Under the pieces are notes generated by a model. The model was given only the letters and a program-made list of their open reading frames with translations, had not been told where the DNA came from and did not search any database. DNA of 64,000 bases from Octopus vulgaris (Eukaryota), in the NCBI GenBank assembly GCA_951406725.2, contig OX597831.1:19158001-19222000 (forward strand), in the 5' to 3' direction. Shown one piece after another: positions 1-13,965 of the stretch. Each line of letters begins with the position of its first letter. The first letter of the stretch is position 1. The position numbers were made by a program, and so were the translations under genes.

Positions 1-130
1 TTGAATGAATTTACTCTTTAGTATTTCAATATATTTTTTTGTAATTTTGGTAAATATATCTGTTAAAATGAGATGTCAGTGATATTTTCGTTTTTGCGTA
101 ATTTAGGGACAATTTGATCACCACACCCTG
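1..130 (+). mobile_element. Right end (TIR) of the duplicated maT-like transposon
   Basis: Matches 23610-23739; ends ...CACCACACCCTG followed by TA. Confidence 0.75.
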
Positions 131-462
131 TATGCATGTGTGTGCGCGGGGTGTGTTTATGCGTGTGTTAATAATTCTAAGTTCATTTGCGTATAAATAT
201 TTCAGTTTGTCCTATAAAGTTCATCCAATGAAAGTGTCTCTGTCTCTCTGACATGTACAATTCACTCTAACTGAGAAGATTTTTACTACAAAAAAGCTAC
301 AAAATTATATCAATGATTTCTGATCAAGAAAAGCAGTTTTGAGGAACATACTTTCAAAACATTGCATAATATATTTATATAGTCAGAAAGATCAAGTTCA
401 AGTCAAACAATTATAAATTGTTATAATCAAAGGAAAAGCTCACATCATTTCCCCCTTTCTCG

Positions 463-531
<69 letters not shown>

Positions 532-1605
532 CCATAGCAGGCGTTGGAGTGTATATTGATTTAGTGTCGTTTACTTCAACAAACTTCGAATACCACCGCA
601 CTACCATAGTAGTATAAGGGCCTACCTTGATAAGATGGATTAGACAAAGTATATCAACTACATTTATAGGACCTCAGGTCACTAATCTCTTGGTGAGTAT
701 CGCCTGCTGGCAATATTTTCCCGTTGATAAATATAAGTATGCAAAGTTTCTATGTTCGTACAGCTTTCCCGCGTACGGAATTTACATTGTCTATAATTTA
801 GCAAACACTTTCCATGCTCACAACATTTATTTTTTTAAAAAATATTATTTTCGGCTTTAAACGAGCAACCGTCGATGAATTAAGAATAGTCGTTGAAAGG
901 TAATACGCAGAAATGCATAACAATGTTTTCTTTCTTTTTTTTCTTTTTTTTTTGCATTTCAGTTGCTTCAGGTTAGCAACTGGAGGAGCACCAGAGAGCA
1001 GATTGATTTGAAAAAAATACCTTTAAAAAATTCAAATTGTGTCTGTAGATTACTTTTTGAAAATAGAATGCATTTCAATAAAAACAATGCTGATCCATCA
1101 GACATTCTATGCGGGTATGTGGACGGAAATCTTTAGAAAGTATTCTGTGTATATTAATATATGTATATCACCGAACCTGGAGCTTAACTATAGTCTATTA
1201 GTGTATGCATATTTACTCATCATTACCTGATACCTTTGGGTCTTATTGACATTACATCTCATAAACCCCCTATATGTATATATATATATACATATATATA
1301 TAAAGATATATAGATAGAGATAGATAGATAGATAAGTATACGTGTATGTATATATATATGTTTATGAATATATATATATATTTATATATATATATATATG
1401 TATATATGTATATGTACACATATGCATATATATTCTTATATGTATATTCAGATAGATATGTATGTATATACATGAACATATATATTTATATGTATATATG
1501 CATATATACGTATATATATATATGTGTGTGTGTGTGTATGTGTGTGCGCGTGTGTCCCTGCGTTTGTTTTTTTTATGCGTGCGCGCTCTTATGTGTGTGT
1601 GTATT

Positions 1606-1650
<45 letters not shown>

Positions 1651-1778
1651 AAACCAGGACTAAAATCAAGTGACAGATTGGATATGTTCATTTGTTACTG
1701 CTACTGTCTCCATATTCCATGCAACAAATGAAAAAGAGTAAAGACAAATTCAGATTTAATCCTCGTATGGCTACTTAC

Positions 1779-1815
1779 CAACAGTGAGAAGCAAAAGAAA
1801 TATAAAATATTTCAT
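1779..1815 (-). CDS. Coding exon 1 (signal peptide MKYFIFLLLLTV) of secreted-protein gene copy A'; remaining exons presumably left of the window
   Basis: ATG, hydrophobic stretch, phase-1 GTAAGT donor; TATATAA-like box at about 1879-1887; same as 25437-25473. Confidence 0.65.
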
Positions 1816-2338
1816 CTTGATTTTTCGCTTTGAATTCAACTCCTCTTCATATTGTGACAACGTACACGTATCTTTTACTTATATATAATTAAGAATTGTG
1901 TAACACCTGTTTAAACCGAACAACACGACATATAAATTTCATATATGACATGTGGTAGTACTTGAATTGTTATTTTTATGAATAGTAGTTGGTACGTTAT
2001 CAGCTGATGTATATGCTATGTCTGTTTTATTGATACATATTTTTTGCAAATTGAAATAAACCATCCTTTTTCTTCATTTTGTGTTTAAGATCCTAGCGAA
2101 TGACTGAACATTTTACACTCACCGTCGCACAATGTAAAATAATTTTACGTTTAAAATGAACATGTGTGTATACGTACATAGTGAAATACGTCAGTATTAC
2201 ATACATATATATATATATGATAGGGGTATAGATTCGTAAGCGTACGACAGCGGTTTCAATACGTGGACAGATCACTGTGTTTTGAGTAAAACACTTCATT
2301 TCATGGCTTGAAAAGATCAAGGATGGCTCGTTTCTTAT

Positions 2339-2692
2339 AGGAACAGGCGTGGCTCTGTGCTAAGAAGTAGGCTTTCGAACCGCGTGTTTTCAGGTCTAGC
2401 ATTTCTGCGAGAATGGATTTGGTAGACGGAAACTGAATGAAACCCGTAGTATATATGTATGTGGGTATGTGTGTGTGAGCATGCGTCTGTGTGTGCGCGT
2501 GTATCTTTGTGTCCCCTTTCCCGGCGACCACTTCACAAACGGTGTTGGCGTATATAAGTTCCCATAACATAAGTACGAGTTTTAAGGAAAACAGAATAAT
2601 CACTGTGGTCGATTCGGTCGACTTAAAATTCTTCTAGACGGAACCTGCAGCACGACCGCATGCTAGTGACTGGAACAAGTAAAAGATAAAAA
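2339..2692 (+). mobile_element. tRNA-derived SINE, family 1 (degraded)
   Basis: Shares GGATTTGGTAGACGGAAACTGAA, an internal (TG)n and the ...GAAACAAGTAAAAGA-type tail with 41475-41894. Confidence 0.8.
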
Positions 2693-2699
2693 ATGAAAG

Positions 2700-2806
<107 letters not shown>

Positions 2807-2827
2807 GTGTGTGTGTGTGTGTATATA

Positions 2828-2905
<78 letters not shown>

Positions 2906-4226
2906 TAGCTGAGTTAGAGGTTAAAATAACCGTCTAAAAGATAGAAGTATCCATTAAACTACCGGCTTATTACCTATATTTATCCGTAGGCATACATATG
3001 CAAGCGTATTATACTAATAAATCATAAGTAACAACAAGGATAAAAATGAGTTTATAAAGAATCAAAATTTTAAGAAAACAGAAAATGGAGAAATATTGAT
3101 GAGCAAAAATTGAATTACATCAATTATTATTTGTTAATTCAATCCAAATAGACTGCATCCCATTTAACAGCTGTTTATGCTTCCAACGTTCAATAGGTTT
3201 TCGACGGACACAAGGTGGAGACACAATAAGATTGAAAATAATCATAATAATTTTAATAATTATGTTCACAGTACTAATTAATAGTATTTATCATAATATA
3301 TTGCTCATCGACTAACTGTAAATCTTTATTTAGTACTAGGTGGTTAAGTCCTTCCACCTGAAAATTGCGTTTGTGTTTGTATGTGTGTGTGTATATCTGC
3401 GTATATGCATATCTACGTACACACGTGTGTATAATGCATTTATGTATGTATATACACCGTAATAGAAATATAATTTGAAAGAGCCATTTAATTATATAGA
3501 AATCGTAAATTTAAATTTAATAGTATTATGCTTATCAATTTTTTCTCTGCTGATTTACGATCAAGTCGCTAACACGGTACAGACAGACATTTTTGAGATT
3601 TTATTAATAGTTCTTCTACAATGTATATTTTCTTTTCATTACTGTGTTCTCTCTTTTCCGCCGCACTTAGTTCTATAGATATTTGTGTGGTATTCGTGTA
3701 GATTGATTGGCAAGTTGGACATCAATTGAAAATATTAAGCAATTTTTATTTTCCTACTTTATTTTGATAATTGTTTAAAACGTTCCACAATATATATAAT
3801 CGTTCCACCTAGGTTCTTTTATCAAAATTAAAAAAATACTCCATTAGGAAAGAAAGAACTTGTACAATGTGCGAGACAACCGGATGTCATAGATTTCTAT
3901 TGCGCCTTAAATATTTGCATAGAATCATTTTATATCATTTATGCGTAAATTAAAATCATTGTAATACTGGAATCTTACAGCTGCAATGATGAATATTTAA
4001 CATCCAAATTTGATTTAAGATATGCCAAAATGTATGCTCTTTAGAATCAATTAAGATCAACCATTATTAAATAAAAAGTCATTAATGGTTTCATTCCAAA
4101 TTTACTTTATATGAAATCTTAATTATTACTTTTAAAGTAACATGCATTAGGGCTTTGCATATTTGGTTTTTATAATTAAGACGATGTTGAAATATTTAAT
4201 CGTACCTCCCCGTTTTATTTTAAAGA

Positions 4227-4345
4227 CTCTTCTTCTTCTTCTTCTTCTTCTTCTTCTTCTTCTTCTTCTTCTTCTTCTTCTTCTTCTTCTTCTTCTTCTT
4301 CTTCTTCTTCTTCTTCTTCTTCTTCTCCTTCTTCTTCTTCTCTTC
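4227..4345. repeat. (CTT)n microsatellite (copy at about 27814-27928)
   Basis: Pure trinucleotide run; source of the poly-Leu/poly-Arg ORFs. Confidence 0.95.
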
Positions 4346-4967
4346 TATCCCTTCCAAACCTGATTTTGTTCACTGCTGTTTGAGATTCCGGCATTCAAAA
4401 GCTACGAATTACTTTTGGTCTCATGAATCTTCGTAGTGTTAAATGGAAGGCAAACACCCATGCTCATTCATTCGCAGATTGCACATCTACTCACTCTCTG
4501 ACCCCCAAAAGCATCGCTACATCTTGGCAGCCAGTAGTGGACATTGGCACAAGTATATGTTCACACCACGCTCCGCTCCAGTGCTGAAACTAGCTTCGCA
4601 TGTACCAGCGCACTTGGCAGATATAATATCATTGGAATCAAAGAAACATTACCTTTGAATTTCGAAGTATTAATATAAACATCGAAATTCAAAAAATAGC
4701 AGCAGAAATGTTGATCATTCAGGAGCAAAAGTCAATACCAAAGTGATCATGTCATTCGACGAACGGCTGTGTCTCATATCGTGAAGATTTGATAGATGAA
4801 GATATTTTACCTGTCACAGGTCGAATTGTACCGTGCACTGCTTCGCATAACATGATGTATGTGTGCATATATATATATATATATATATGCTTTTGGCGCG
4901 AATGTTTTTTATACGGTGCCGTTTTTGCAATATAAATAATAATAATAATAGTATTTTTACATAAGCG

Positions 4968-5116
4968 TAAAGCCTATGGCGATATTCGCGCAATGACTAA
5001 GGAAAATAGTGTAATAAAGGGGCATATAAACCCTCGACAGAAACAAAGAAGGCTTATATGACCCTTTATTAGACTATTGTCCTTAGTCATTGTACCTTAA
5101 TCGCCATAAGCTTTAA
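4968..5116. repeat. Imperfect hairpin/inverted repeat (MITE-like; copy at about 28550-28700)
   Basis: CAATGACTAAGGAAAATAGTGTAATAAAGGG pairs with CCCTTTATTAGACTATTGTCCTTAGTCATTG; outer AAAGCCTATGGCGAT pairs with ATCGCCATAAGCTTT. Confidence 0.75.
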
Positions 5117-5663
5117 GCTTATATGAAAATAATATATATATATATATATTCATATATATACATATATACGTGTGTGTATACGTGTATATATATATATATA
5201 TATATATAAGTTTTCAATTGATATTTTCGTTCCCGATATCTCATCGTTCGACCATTTGTAATGAAAATAAACCCAAATCTGTAGCTATTATAGATTATAA
5301 TCCTGAACGTCAAACAGTCAGGATAATATTAAGTAAGTTCTCCTGTTTTCCTATCACACGGGATTACATTAATTTGTTGATTATTTTCATTGGAATGTTG
5401 ATAAGATTTTCTGTCATCTAATTTTGTTAATAACCGGAAATGTATATCTTCATCATTGCTTACGATTACCACTAGAAAAAAATATTAAACATCAAAATAT
5501 GGCCAGGTTTAATTCATTTAATTTGAGTTTTTCATGTTCGCGGAGTTTTATGGAGGAAAACCCTGTAGACTTCACAAAGTCATCGACCTTTTTTACCAAA
5601 TTCTGCCAGGCATTATTCAACAGAGAGCATATTTCAATGAAATCTTTCAATAAAATCTCAGTT

Positions 5664-5714
5664 AACAAAACTTTCCGACGAACGGGAACGTGAAACTCTG
5701 AGTAACAGCTTTTG

Positions 5715-5716
<2 letters not shown>
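5664..5716 (+). ncRNA. Degenerate minimal type I hammerhead ribozyme motif
   Basis: AACAAAACT..CCGACGA-ACG(GGAA)CGT-GAAA-CTCTGAG-TA-ACAGCTTTTGTT directly before (TA)n; core reads CCGA instead of CUGA. Confidence 0.5.
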
Positions 5717-5766
<50 letters not shown>

Positions 5767-6410
5767 CTGTATAGGGGATATACCCTATATATGGACTGGC
5801 CCTCAAATTATTTTAGATTATATTTTCCTCTTTGTATCAATGTCATGAGTTCATGGTCTGACATAAAATACATCTAAATTTACGTCATTTAGATATTGTA
5901 AACATTTTAAATACTGTGAAATATTTTTTAAACCAGGTATGAATGGAAGGGAAAGATTCTTGCCGAAATGATTCAGCTGATAAAATAGAACATTCTAAAC
6001 ATCATATCAACAAAAGGAGACCGCAATTCATCCAGCAGATTCAAAACATTATCGATTACACACCGAGAATATAGATGTAGATTATTTTCGAAAATCTCGC
6101 GGTATCAGAGTTAAACATGAGAAGTGTGGGGCACAAAATCTTTCTGAACTGAGCTTCTGCTAATTTATGTCGTCCAGAACACAGAAAATGGTTTGATCTG
6201 TACCAAGTGGTTACTTAACAACGTTAAAACGATCGCGAACATTGCAAGATTTGGGTTTTGGGAGAAGAAAATTTGGAAAAGACAAACGTTTTGTCCACTT
6301 ATAAACAATTACTTATTAAGGTGGGAAAATGATCAGAAAACCGTTTGTATTCATCTTTTCAAATATATAATAACATACCAAGTATTTACTATTAATTACT
6401 CTACTATAAA

Positions 6411-6470
<60 letters not shown>

Positions 6471-6562
6471 ATCATATTAAATGGAAATGGAATTTAACTA
6501 AAATTTACATTTCCAGTAGTCTATTGTGTAAAATTTTTAGTGCAAAAGACTATATATTACTG

Positions 6563-7250
6563 ATACGATATAGTGTATATTTAATTCCATGAGGAATCTA
6601 CTTATAGGATTCTAGAACAGCTAGGTTCTATAAACACAAAATTAGGGATAAAATTCAACAGGAACGAAATGAAAAATGAAAAACTTTTTACCGTCTAGTT
6701 TCCTGGACCAATTGGTCTCTGATTTTAGTTTAGCGAGTCAAGGAACTCGCTAGGTGCAATCTTCTTCAGCAGGACCACCTAGGGTTAAACGTATACACAC
6801 TGGGCGATGACAACTACTTGTCCCGTATTTATACGTCCTAACCTCTTCAAAATCTACTGCGCTGCCGCAGTCCTTCGCTAGCAATAAAAAAAAGGCAACT
6901 TTTAAAACCGAAAATTATGCCGGCGAAGGTCTGCGGCTGCGCAGTAGATTTTGAAGAGGTTAGGATGTATAAATACGGGACAAGTAGTTTTCATCGCTCA
7001 GTGTGTATACATTTAACCCTAGGTGGTCCTGCTGAAGAAGATTGCACCTAGTGAGTTCCTTGACTCGCTAAACTAAAATCAGAAACCAATTGGTCCAGGA
7101 AACTAGATCGTAAAATGTTTTTCATTTTTCATTTCGTTCCTGTTGAATTTTATCCCTAATTTTGTGGTTATAGAACCTAGCTGTTCTTTCTAGCGTATTG
7201 ACTTCCTATAAGTAGATTCCTCATGTGTTTAAATATACACTATATCGTAT
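6563..7250. mobile_element. Non-coding fold-back element with about 320-bp inverted arms, each carrying a hammerhead motif (probably PLE-derived)
   Basis: Arms 6563-6883 and 6918-7250 are reverse complements with few mismatches; 34-nt spacer; TA-rich flanks. Confidence 0.85.
7027..7100 (+). ncRNA. Minimal type I hammerhead ribozyme motif
   Basis: TCCTG-CTGAAGA-(A)GATT...AATC(A)-GAAA-CCAATTGG-TC-CAGGA. Stem II closes on an A-A mismatch; the minus-strand mirror copy (about 6701-6774) has GAAA changed to GAGA. Confidence 0.7.
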
Positions 7251-8168
7251 ATATCTTTATATATTTATATCTGTGTATGTATGTATTTATGTATGTATAT
7301 ATGTATGTATATAGCACTCGTAAATAGTTATGAAAATTCAAAAATAGTTATCATTTCGCTACTTACGGAAAAGAACAAAGAAAATAAATATGGAATATTT
7401 TATTACGTAGTTTAGCGTTGGACTCAATAACTGCTCAATCTCTGACGATATAACGCTGTAATTTCATTTATAATAGTGATGAAACATGTGTCGGAACGGT
7501 GCAACAGCCTAATAAATTGGATTTATGGCGTTCTTTTGTAATATTTCCGACGTATTTGTTGATTTAGAGAAAATTGTCTACATCATTACGTACGTTTGAT
7601 GAATTGTTTAAAAGTTTAAAGTAACTATCTTAATTTTGCCTGTAAATTTCTAAGCTTCAAAAGGGTCGAGCGGCTATCAGGTATTGGAGGTTGTTGGGGT
7701 GTCAGCCTTTCAAACCTCATAGACGTCTGCTGGCAACATATTTAACTCGGGTAAGAGTAAACATACAATATTTCTCTGCTCTTTTCACAGCTATATTTCG
7801 TTGGGAATTTAATTGTCTGAAAATCACTAATACGTTCGGGGATTCCAAAGTTATCCTGAATATCATCTGAGATAGCGGTCTAATGACTGCATGTTAGTTA
7901 AAGCAAGAGCTTTCAGTCTGTCCGCACTTACTTTACTTTCCTATTTCACACAGAGAACGGTTAAAGTGATAGAAAGTCTCCTGGGAAGCGTAGAGGCGGC
8001 GAAATGTGTAGATGCGGGGGATGTACAACTTTCACCATAAGATATATCGTGACGGATGTGTATCTGCTTTTCTCAGGGGAAATAGGTCACAAACATACTT
8101 TCCCTTGACACAAGAACATTGAACACACACACACACACACACGCACACACAAATACACATATATATAT

Positions 8169-8212
<44 letters not shown>

Positions 8213-8624
8213 TCCGGCTACACCAGCAATGTAACTACACACGTACTATTAGCGATTTCTTTTCCTTATTTGGACTTTTCTACTCCTTTCCGACAAAGTG
8301 CTCAGCACGAAATGTCAACTCCTTATTTTTACCAAGTGTTAATTATACACATTCCTTAAACCCGTTCTCTTGCTCTCCCTTAGCTGTATTCGTTTATTTG
8401 AACAGTGTTTCTTTATGTGAATTCCTGTGTTGAAGCATATATCGTTGTGTCTGGAGAGAGTCATTCAGTTTTAATGTTTTATTAACACACTCGCCGCTTC
8501 CATTTCCACTCATTTACTTCTTTATTTTCTAAAATTTTCCTTGCTTCTTGCAACCTCTTCTTGAAGTAACTGAGTGTATTAAGTACTAAGACATTAATAG
8601 AGAATGTCTCACGCCACCCGAGGC

Positions 8625-8674
<50 letters not shown>

Positions 8675-8756
8675 AAATATTAGGGAATAAATCCAAACTT
8701 ACAGGGAAAAATAAGATTGAGGATTGAATCCAATTTTATAGTAAAATATTATATTA

Positions 8757-8967
8757 TATTAAATTAGAGATAAAACCACTATCAGGCAAATCATACAATG
8801 AAATACTTAAGCCAATACATAAGATTATGAAACGATCGTAGTGTTATACTAATTATCCTTTTTTAATAATTTTGATATATATTTAAAATAATATTAATTA
8901 ATTAATCTTATGCATTGGCTTAAGTTTTTCATTGTATGATTTGCCTAATAGTGGTTTTATCTTTAAT

Positions 8968-8973
<6 letters not shown>
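8757..8973. repeat. (TA)n-embedded inverted repeat with about 70-bp arms
   Basis: 8757-8827 is the reverse complement of 8903-8973; the spacer starts with GAAA-CGATCG-TA (3' half of a hammerhead). Confidence 0.75.
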
Positions 8974-9007
<34 letters not shown>

Positions 9008-9013
9008 ATAATA

Positions 9014-9063
<50 letters not shown>

Positions 9064-9200
9064 GATACTGCTGTGACTACACATAAAACAATATCATTGA
9101 TGATGATGGTGGTGATGGTGAAGGTGATGATGATAATAATGATGGTAATGGTGGTGATAATGATGATAGTGATGGTAATGGTGATGATAATAACAATAAT

Positions 9201-12200
9201 AAGCCGACTACGGCTGCTGTAATGGTACGATTATAATTGTAACGGCAATGATGGCCGTCTCCCCACGAGCCAATCAAAGCTAAAAAATGATAACATTATC
9301 GTAGCACCAAAATGTTTTTGGAAACTAAAAGGAAAATTAAATCAGTATACCAAATCGCTTGTCCTATGGTTAATCTGGAAGCGCGTCCCCCAGGGAAGAG
9401 CCAGCCTGGGATCGAAAAGTCATCAACTGGCACAAACTCTTCTACCGAATACGGACATGGATGGTCACTTGAACGGGAAATCCCCCAACTCGAGCCCTCC
9501 AAGTTCACCACCACAACCACCACAGAAAGAAAAATGTAAGCGGAACAAATGGACCCGAGAAGAGTATAAAGAAGTAATATACGCTTATTACTATGCATTA
9601 GGTAGGCCATCTCAAGAGAGACACACCGCGAACTCTTACAGTATATGGAGAACACGGAATCAAGACAGTAGGCCCTATTTGGACGAGAACAAATTAGCAA
9701 ATGTGAGGAGGGATATCCTTAGAAATAACAGACTCACAGACAGTGAAATAAGCGCGATCAAGCACGCAACGGAAAATGACATAAATATAAGACACAAAGG
9801 AAATGAAGAATCAGATGAACAGTATAGCCCGCCACGAGGCTTAATTGAAAGACTGCCATCTGACCAAAGTACGCAAAGGCCTGAAGATACAAGAAATTCT
9901 ATTGTACCTGTTAAAGATAGCCAGGAAAATGAAAAAACAACAGTAACTGAAGATCTCGCATTTTCTGAAGAACACAGAGAGTCTATGGCAGAAATGAGGC
10001 AGAAAATCCTGAATAAGCTTGAAGTTGTAAGACATACAAGCATGAATGATAGAGAACCACTTCATAAACTTTCAAATACAAACCAAAATAAAAAACAAAT
10101 CCAAATTGGCAACTATGTAACAAATGAAATAATACGAGAATTAAAACCTGATTTTACTGAGTTAAATGAAATTATTTACGCTTCTGCTAGGGCAATTTAA
10201 ACCAGCTGTATGCCCCCGAAAAAACAAAGAAAACAAAACCTGGGAAGAAATCAAACCTGGAGAAGTAAAATTGAAAAAGAGATTGAATTTATGAGAGGGG
10301 AAATATCAATATTAAATGAACTAATATGTGGAAATGATATAAGATCCAGAACAGGAAGAAAGATGAAGAGAAAATTTGGATCATCACCAAGAGAAGAACT
10401 GATATCAATAAAAGAAACGCTGAAACAAAAAGTCCAAGCAAAAGCCCAAAGAATACGAAGATTTGAGAAGAGAAACAAGTTTTACAAGCAAAATAAGCTG
10501 TTCACATCCAATGCCAAACAATTCTACAGAGAAATAGGGAAGGAGAAAGTAAACGTTAAAAAACCCCCTCCCATGGAATAAGTTCAAAACTTTTGGAAAA
10601 GGATTTGGAGTGACAAGAAGACGTACAACATAAATGCAGACTGGATTATACAAACTGAAGGATCCTACCAAATTTTACAACAACAAGCATGGGAAGACAT
10701 CACAATAGCAGACCTAAGAAAGGCACTCACGAAGGCCCATAATTGGAAATCCCCCGGTAAAGATAGGGTGCCGAATTTCTGGTTCGCATCGCTCCCATGC
10801 GCACACGGTAAGCTAGTTCAGGTGCTCAATGGAATTATGAGAGACCCAAAGAAAACACCTGAATGGTTAGCAAGTGGCATTACTTACCTACTCCCAAAGA
10901 ATAACGAAACCAACCTTCCAAAAAACTATCGGCCTATAACCTGTCTATCCAACACGTATAAAATCTAACATCTATCCTGGCGGAGAAAACATATGCATTC
11001 ATGGAGAAGAACGATATTTTCCCCATTGAACAAAAAGGGTGCCGCCGAGGCTCTTACGGATGCAAAGATCAACTGCTAATCAATCGTATGATCCTTGAGA
11101 ACTGTCACAACAAGCGCAGAAATCTCAGCACCGCATGGATTGACTATAAAAAGGCCTTCGACAGTATACCGCATCCATGGATCTTGAGATCGCTGGACAT
11201 CTTCAAAATTTCCCCTGTGATTTCAAACTTCCTGAAGCACAATATGTCGTTGTGGAATACGAATCTCCAATTATACCACTCTAATGGAGTACTTGCCGCA
11301 GAAAATATAAACATCAACTGTGGAATTATTCAAGGTGACTCACTTTCACCTTTAATATTCTGCATAGCCCTAATACCCCTTACAAGTGAATTAAACAGAA
11401 CAAGGGTATGGGTATAAAATTGCCAATAAAAAAATAAGCCATCTATTTTATATGGATGACTTAAAACTTTATGGTAAAGACAATAATGAACTTGAAGGCC
11501 TATTGCGCACCGTGAAAGCATTCAGCGATGACATCGGGATGGAGTTTAGACTTGAGAAGTGTGCCAAGGCCACTTTCCAGAAAGGGAAAGTGAAGACCAC
11601 AAATTCAGTCGTGTTAGATGTTGACACAGTCATAAGAGAGCTTGAGCAAGAACAAACATACAAATATTTAGGGATAAATGAAGGCTCTGGTATTCAGCAC
11701 GCAAGCATGAAAGAGAAAATCAGGAAGGAATGTTATAAGAGAGTTCGTGCAGTCCTGAAATCTGAACTAAATGCACGTAACAAGGTGTTAGCTATAAATT
11801 CCTTAGCAGTTCCAGTTGTTACTTATAGCTACAATGTGTTGAACTGGAATATGAGTGAAGTAAAGAATATAGATAGGAAAATACGGAAGCTGCTGAGTTG
11901 TAATAGGATGCACCACCCAAAGGCAGACGTAGATCGCCTTTACCTTCCCAGAGACCAAGGAGGTCGAGGCCTGATCCAATTTGAACTAGCTTACAAAACA
12001 ACCACAATTGGACTGGCCAAATATCTCGAAATATCGAATGACTGGCTGCTAAAGCTCGTGGAAAATCACGAGAGACGAAAGAAGCTTCATTCTATCATAA
12101 AGGAAAGCAAAAAATATGCTATTGATCTCGTGCAGGACACCCAAACTGAACACCCCGAGGGAAGTACGGCAACTATTGTTTCAAAGAAGGTGAAAATGAT

Positions 12201-13171
12201 GGCAACGAAAAAAGCGCACGAGCAATTGGCTGATAGGTGGGAGGAGAAACCTCTGCACGGCAAATATGTGACCCGCAGCAAACAAGCTGATGTTGACCAG
12301 AAGCAAACCCATCAGTGGCTACGGAGCTCAGGGCTAAAAGCAGAGAACGAAGGTTTCATCCTGGCTGCTCAAGATCAAAGCCTATAAACTCGGAACTACC
12401 AGGCCAATGTGATGAAAAATGGAGCAGACCCAAAATGCCGATTCTGCAACGACATGATTGAAACAGTGGACCACCTAATCTCTGGATGTAAAGTCTTAGC
12501 ACCAGTGGAGTATAAATTAAGACATGACAGAGTTGGCCAATATCTCCACTGGCTAATAAGTCGGCATTACAATATCAAAACTGCCGACAAGTAGTATAAT
12601 CACCACCCTGAGGCTGTAACTGAAGGAGAAAATGTAACCATTCTGTGGGACTTTCCAGTGCATACAGACCGAACCATCAAGGCCAATAAACCAGATATTG
12701 TTGTGAAAGACCAAAACAATAAAGTTTGCTTATTGATCGACATGCGCATCCCCTGTGATCATAATATCTCAGCGAAAGAGTTTGACAAGCTCAGAAAATA
12801 TAAAGACCTACTCATTGAAATTGAGAAAATGTGGCATCTCAAGGCGGTTACAATACCAGTGATCGTAGGAGCACTAGGAATGATCAAGAAGGGAACCGAA
12901 AATTATATGAGAATGATCCCTGGCTTACCATCCCTGCAAGAAGTGCAAAAGATTGTCTTAACTGGTACATCACACGTATTGAGAAGAGCATTGTCGATGT
13001 GAGAACTGTTGCTGGTCATGTATTTTAATTTAACTTTAAAAAAAAAAATGAACGAACTACTGAGTTTGGTTTAATGGCCTACCAATGTATACAATGAGTT
13101 TCTTTGCCCTAGGAGTTGGGAAGACACTCGGAAAGAAATGATAGCAAATTTGAAAGAAGAAGAAAAAAAAG
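9201..13171 (+). mobile_element. R4/Dong-clade non-LTR retrotransposon (RT + RLE endonuclease), near full length, inactivated
   Basis: KWTREE N-terminus; RT motifs YRPITCL, WIDYKKAFDS, QGDSLSP, YMDD; CRFC..ETVDHLISGC knuckle; RHD and PDIVV..D RLE motifs. (TAA)n on both sides is the known Dong target. Confidence 0.9.
9457..13002 (+). pseudogene. Disrupted Dong/R4 single ORF
   Basis: Collinear ORF pieces 9457-10200, 10210-10581, 10768-10968, 11001-11417, 11452-12387, 12409-12594, 12658-13002 separated by stops and frameshifts. Confidence 0.9.
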
Positions 13172-13262
13172 TAATAATAATAATAATAATAATATGAGGG
13201 AATATTTCCAAACTTACCAGGAAAAATTCAATTTTGAAATACTAAATCAAATTTCACAAAAA

Positions 13263-13345
<83 letters not shown>

Positions 13346-13385
13346 GACAAAAAACACCTTTTATCGATTCAATAATGAAATTTTA

Positions 13386-13559
13386 AATTATACCATTTAG
13401 AAAAATTACATACTATAGAAAGATAAAACATAGAACAATGATTAAGTAATGTGCAAAATAATAAATAAAACATATATATTTGGTATATATAACATTGTTA
13501 TATGATTTATCTTATATTTAATCTTTCTATAATATGTAATTTTTCTAAATGGTATAATT
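13386..13559. repeat. (TA)n-embedded inverted repeat, apparently related to the 8.7-kb element
   Basis: AATTATACCATTTAGAAAAATTACATA pairs with TATGTAATTTTTCTAAATGGTATAATT; leader AGGGAATA..TCCAAACTTAC is shared with about 8682-8702. Confidence 0.7.
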
Positions 13560-13586
13560 CAATTTTTCATGTTTGAGTTTTTATAA

Positions 13587-13666
<80 letters not shown>

Positions 13667-13905
13667 TGAAAATTAAGAACTTTGACATGGAAACAAATAG
13701 ATGGATGCTCACAGCCAGACTTTACTCTAAAGGTTGCATGCACTCCATACTTTGTATAACGTTATGTAATATTTTGATAAAATATAGTAGGAATGAAAAA
13801 CTGAAGCTGACTTCTTTTAAAATAAGTATTTAATATTTTCGGAACTAATGGTTGGAAATACTTTCACAACAATACAAATATCTGCTGTATTTGCATAATA
13901 TTTAT

Positions 13906-13965
13906 TCATATTTGTATGAGTATTAGAGTTACAATCGCAGGAACGAATACTGATTCGATGTTCCC
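13906..13965 (-). CDS. Candidate terminal exon of gene A (phase 0: GNIESVFVPAIVTLILIQI*)
   Basis: Strong acceptor TTTTTCTGCTCTTTACAG; AATAAA at the stop; acceptor and exon conserved at 36893-36973. Reading phase uncertain. Confidence 0.4.
   Translation of the reverse strand, partial: GNIESVFVPAIVTLILIQI

Noticed and set aside
963-1114. Plus-strand exon-like segment (polypyrimidine-CAG acceptor, GTATGT donor, one open frame)
   Set aside because: No partner exons or recognisable product; lies antisense within intron 1 of the minus-strand gene.
9201-9300. HDV-like ribozyme at the Dong 5' end
   Set aside because: Could not assemble a consistent double pseudoknot by eye.
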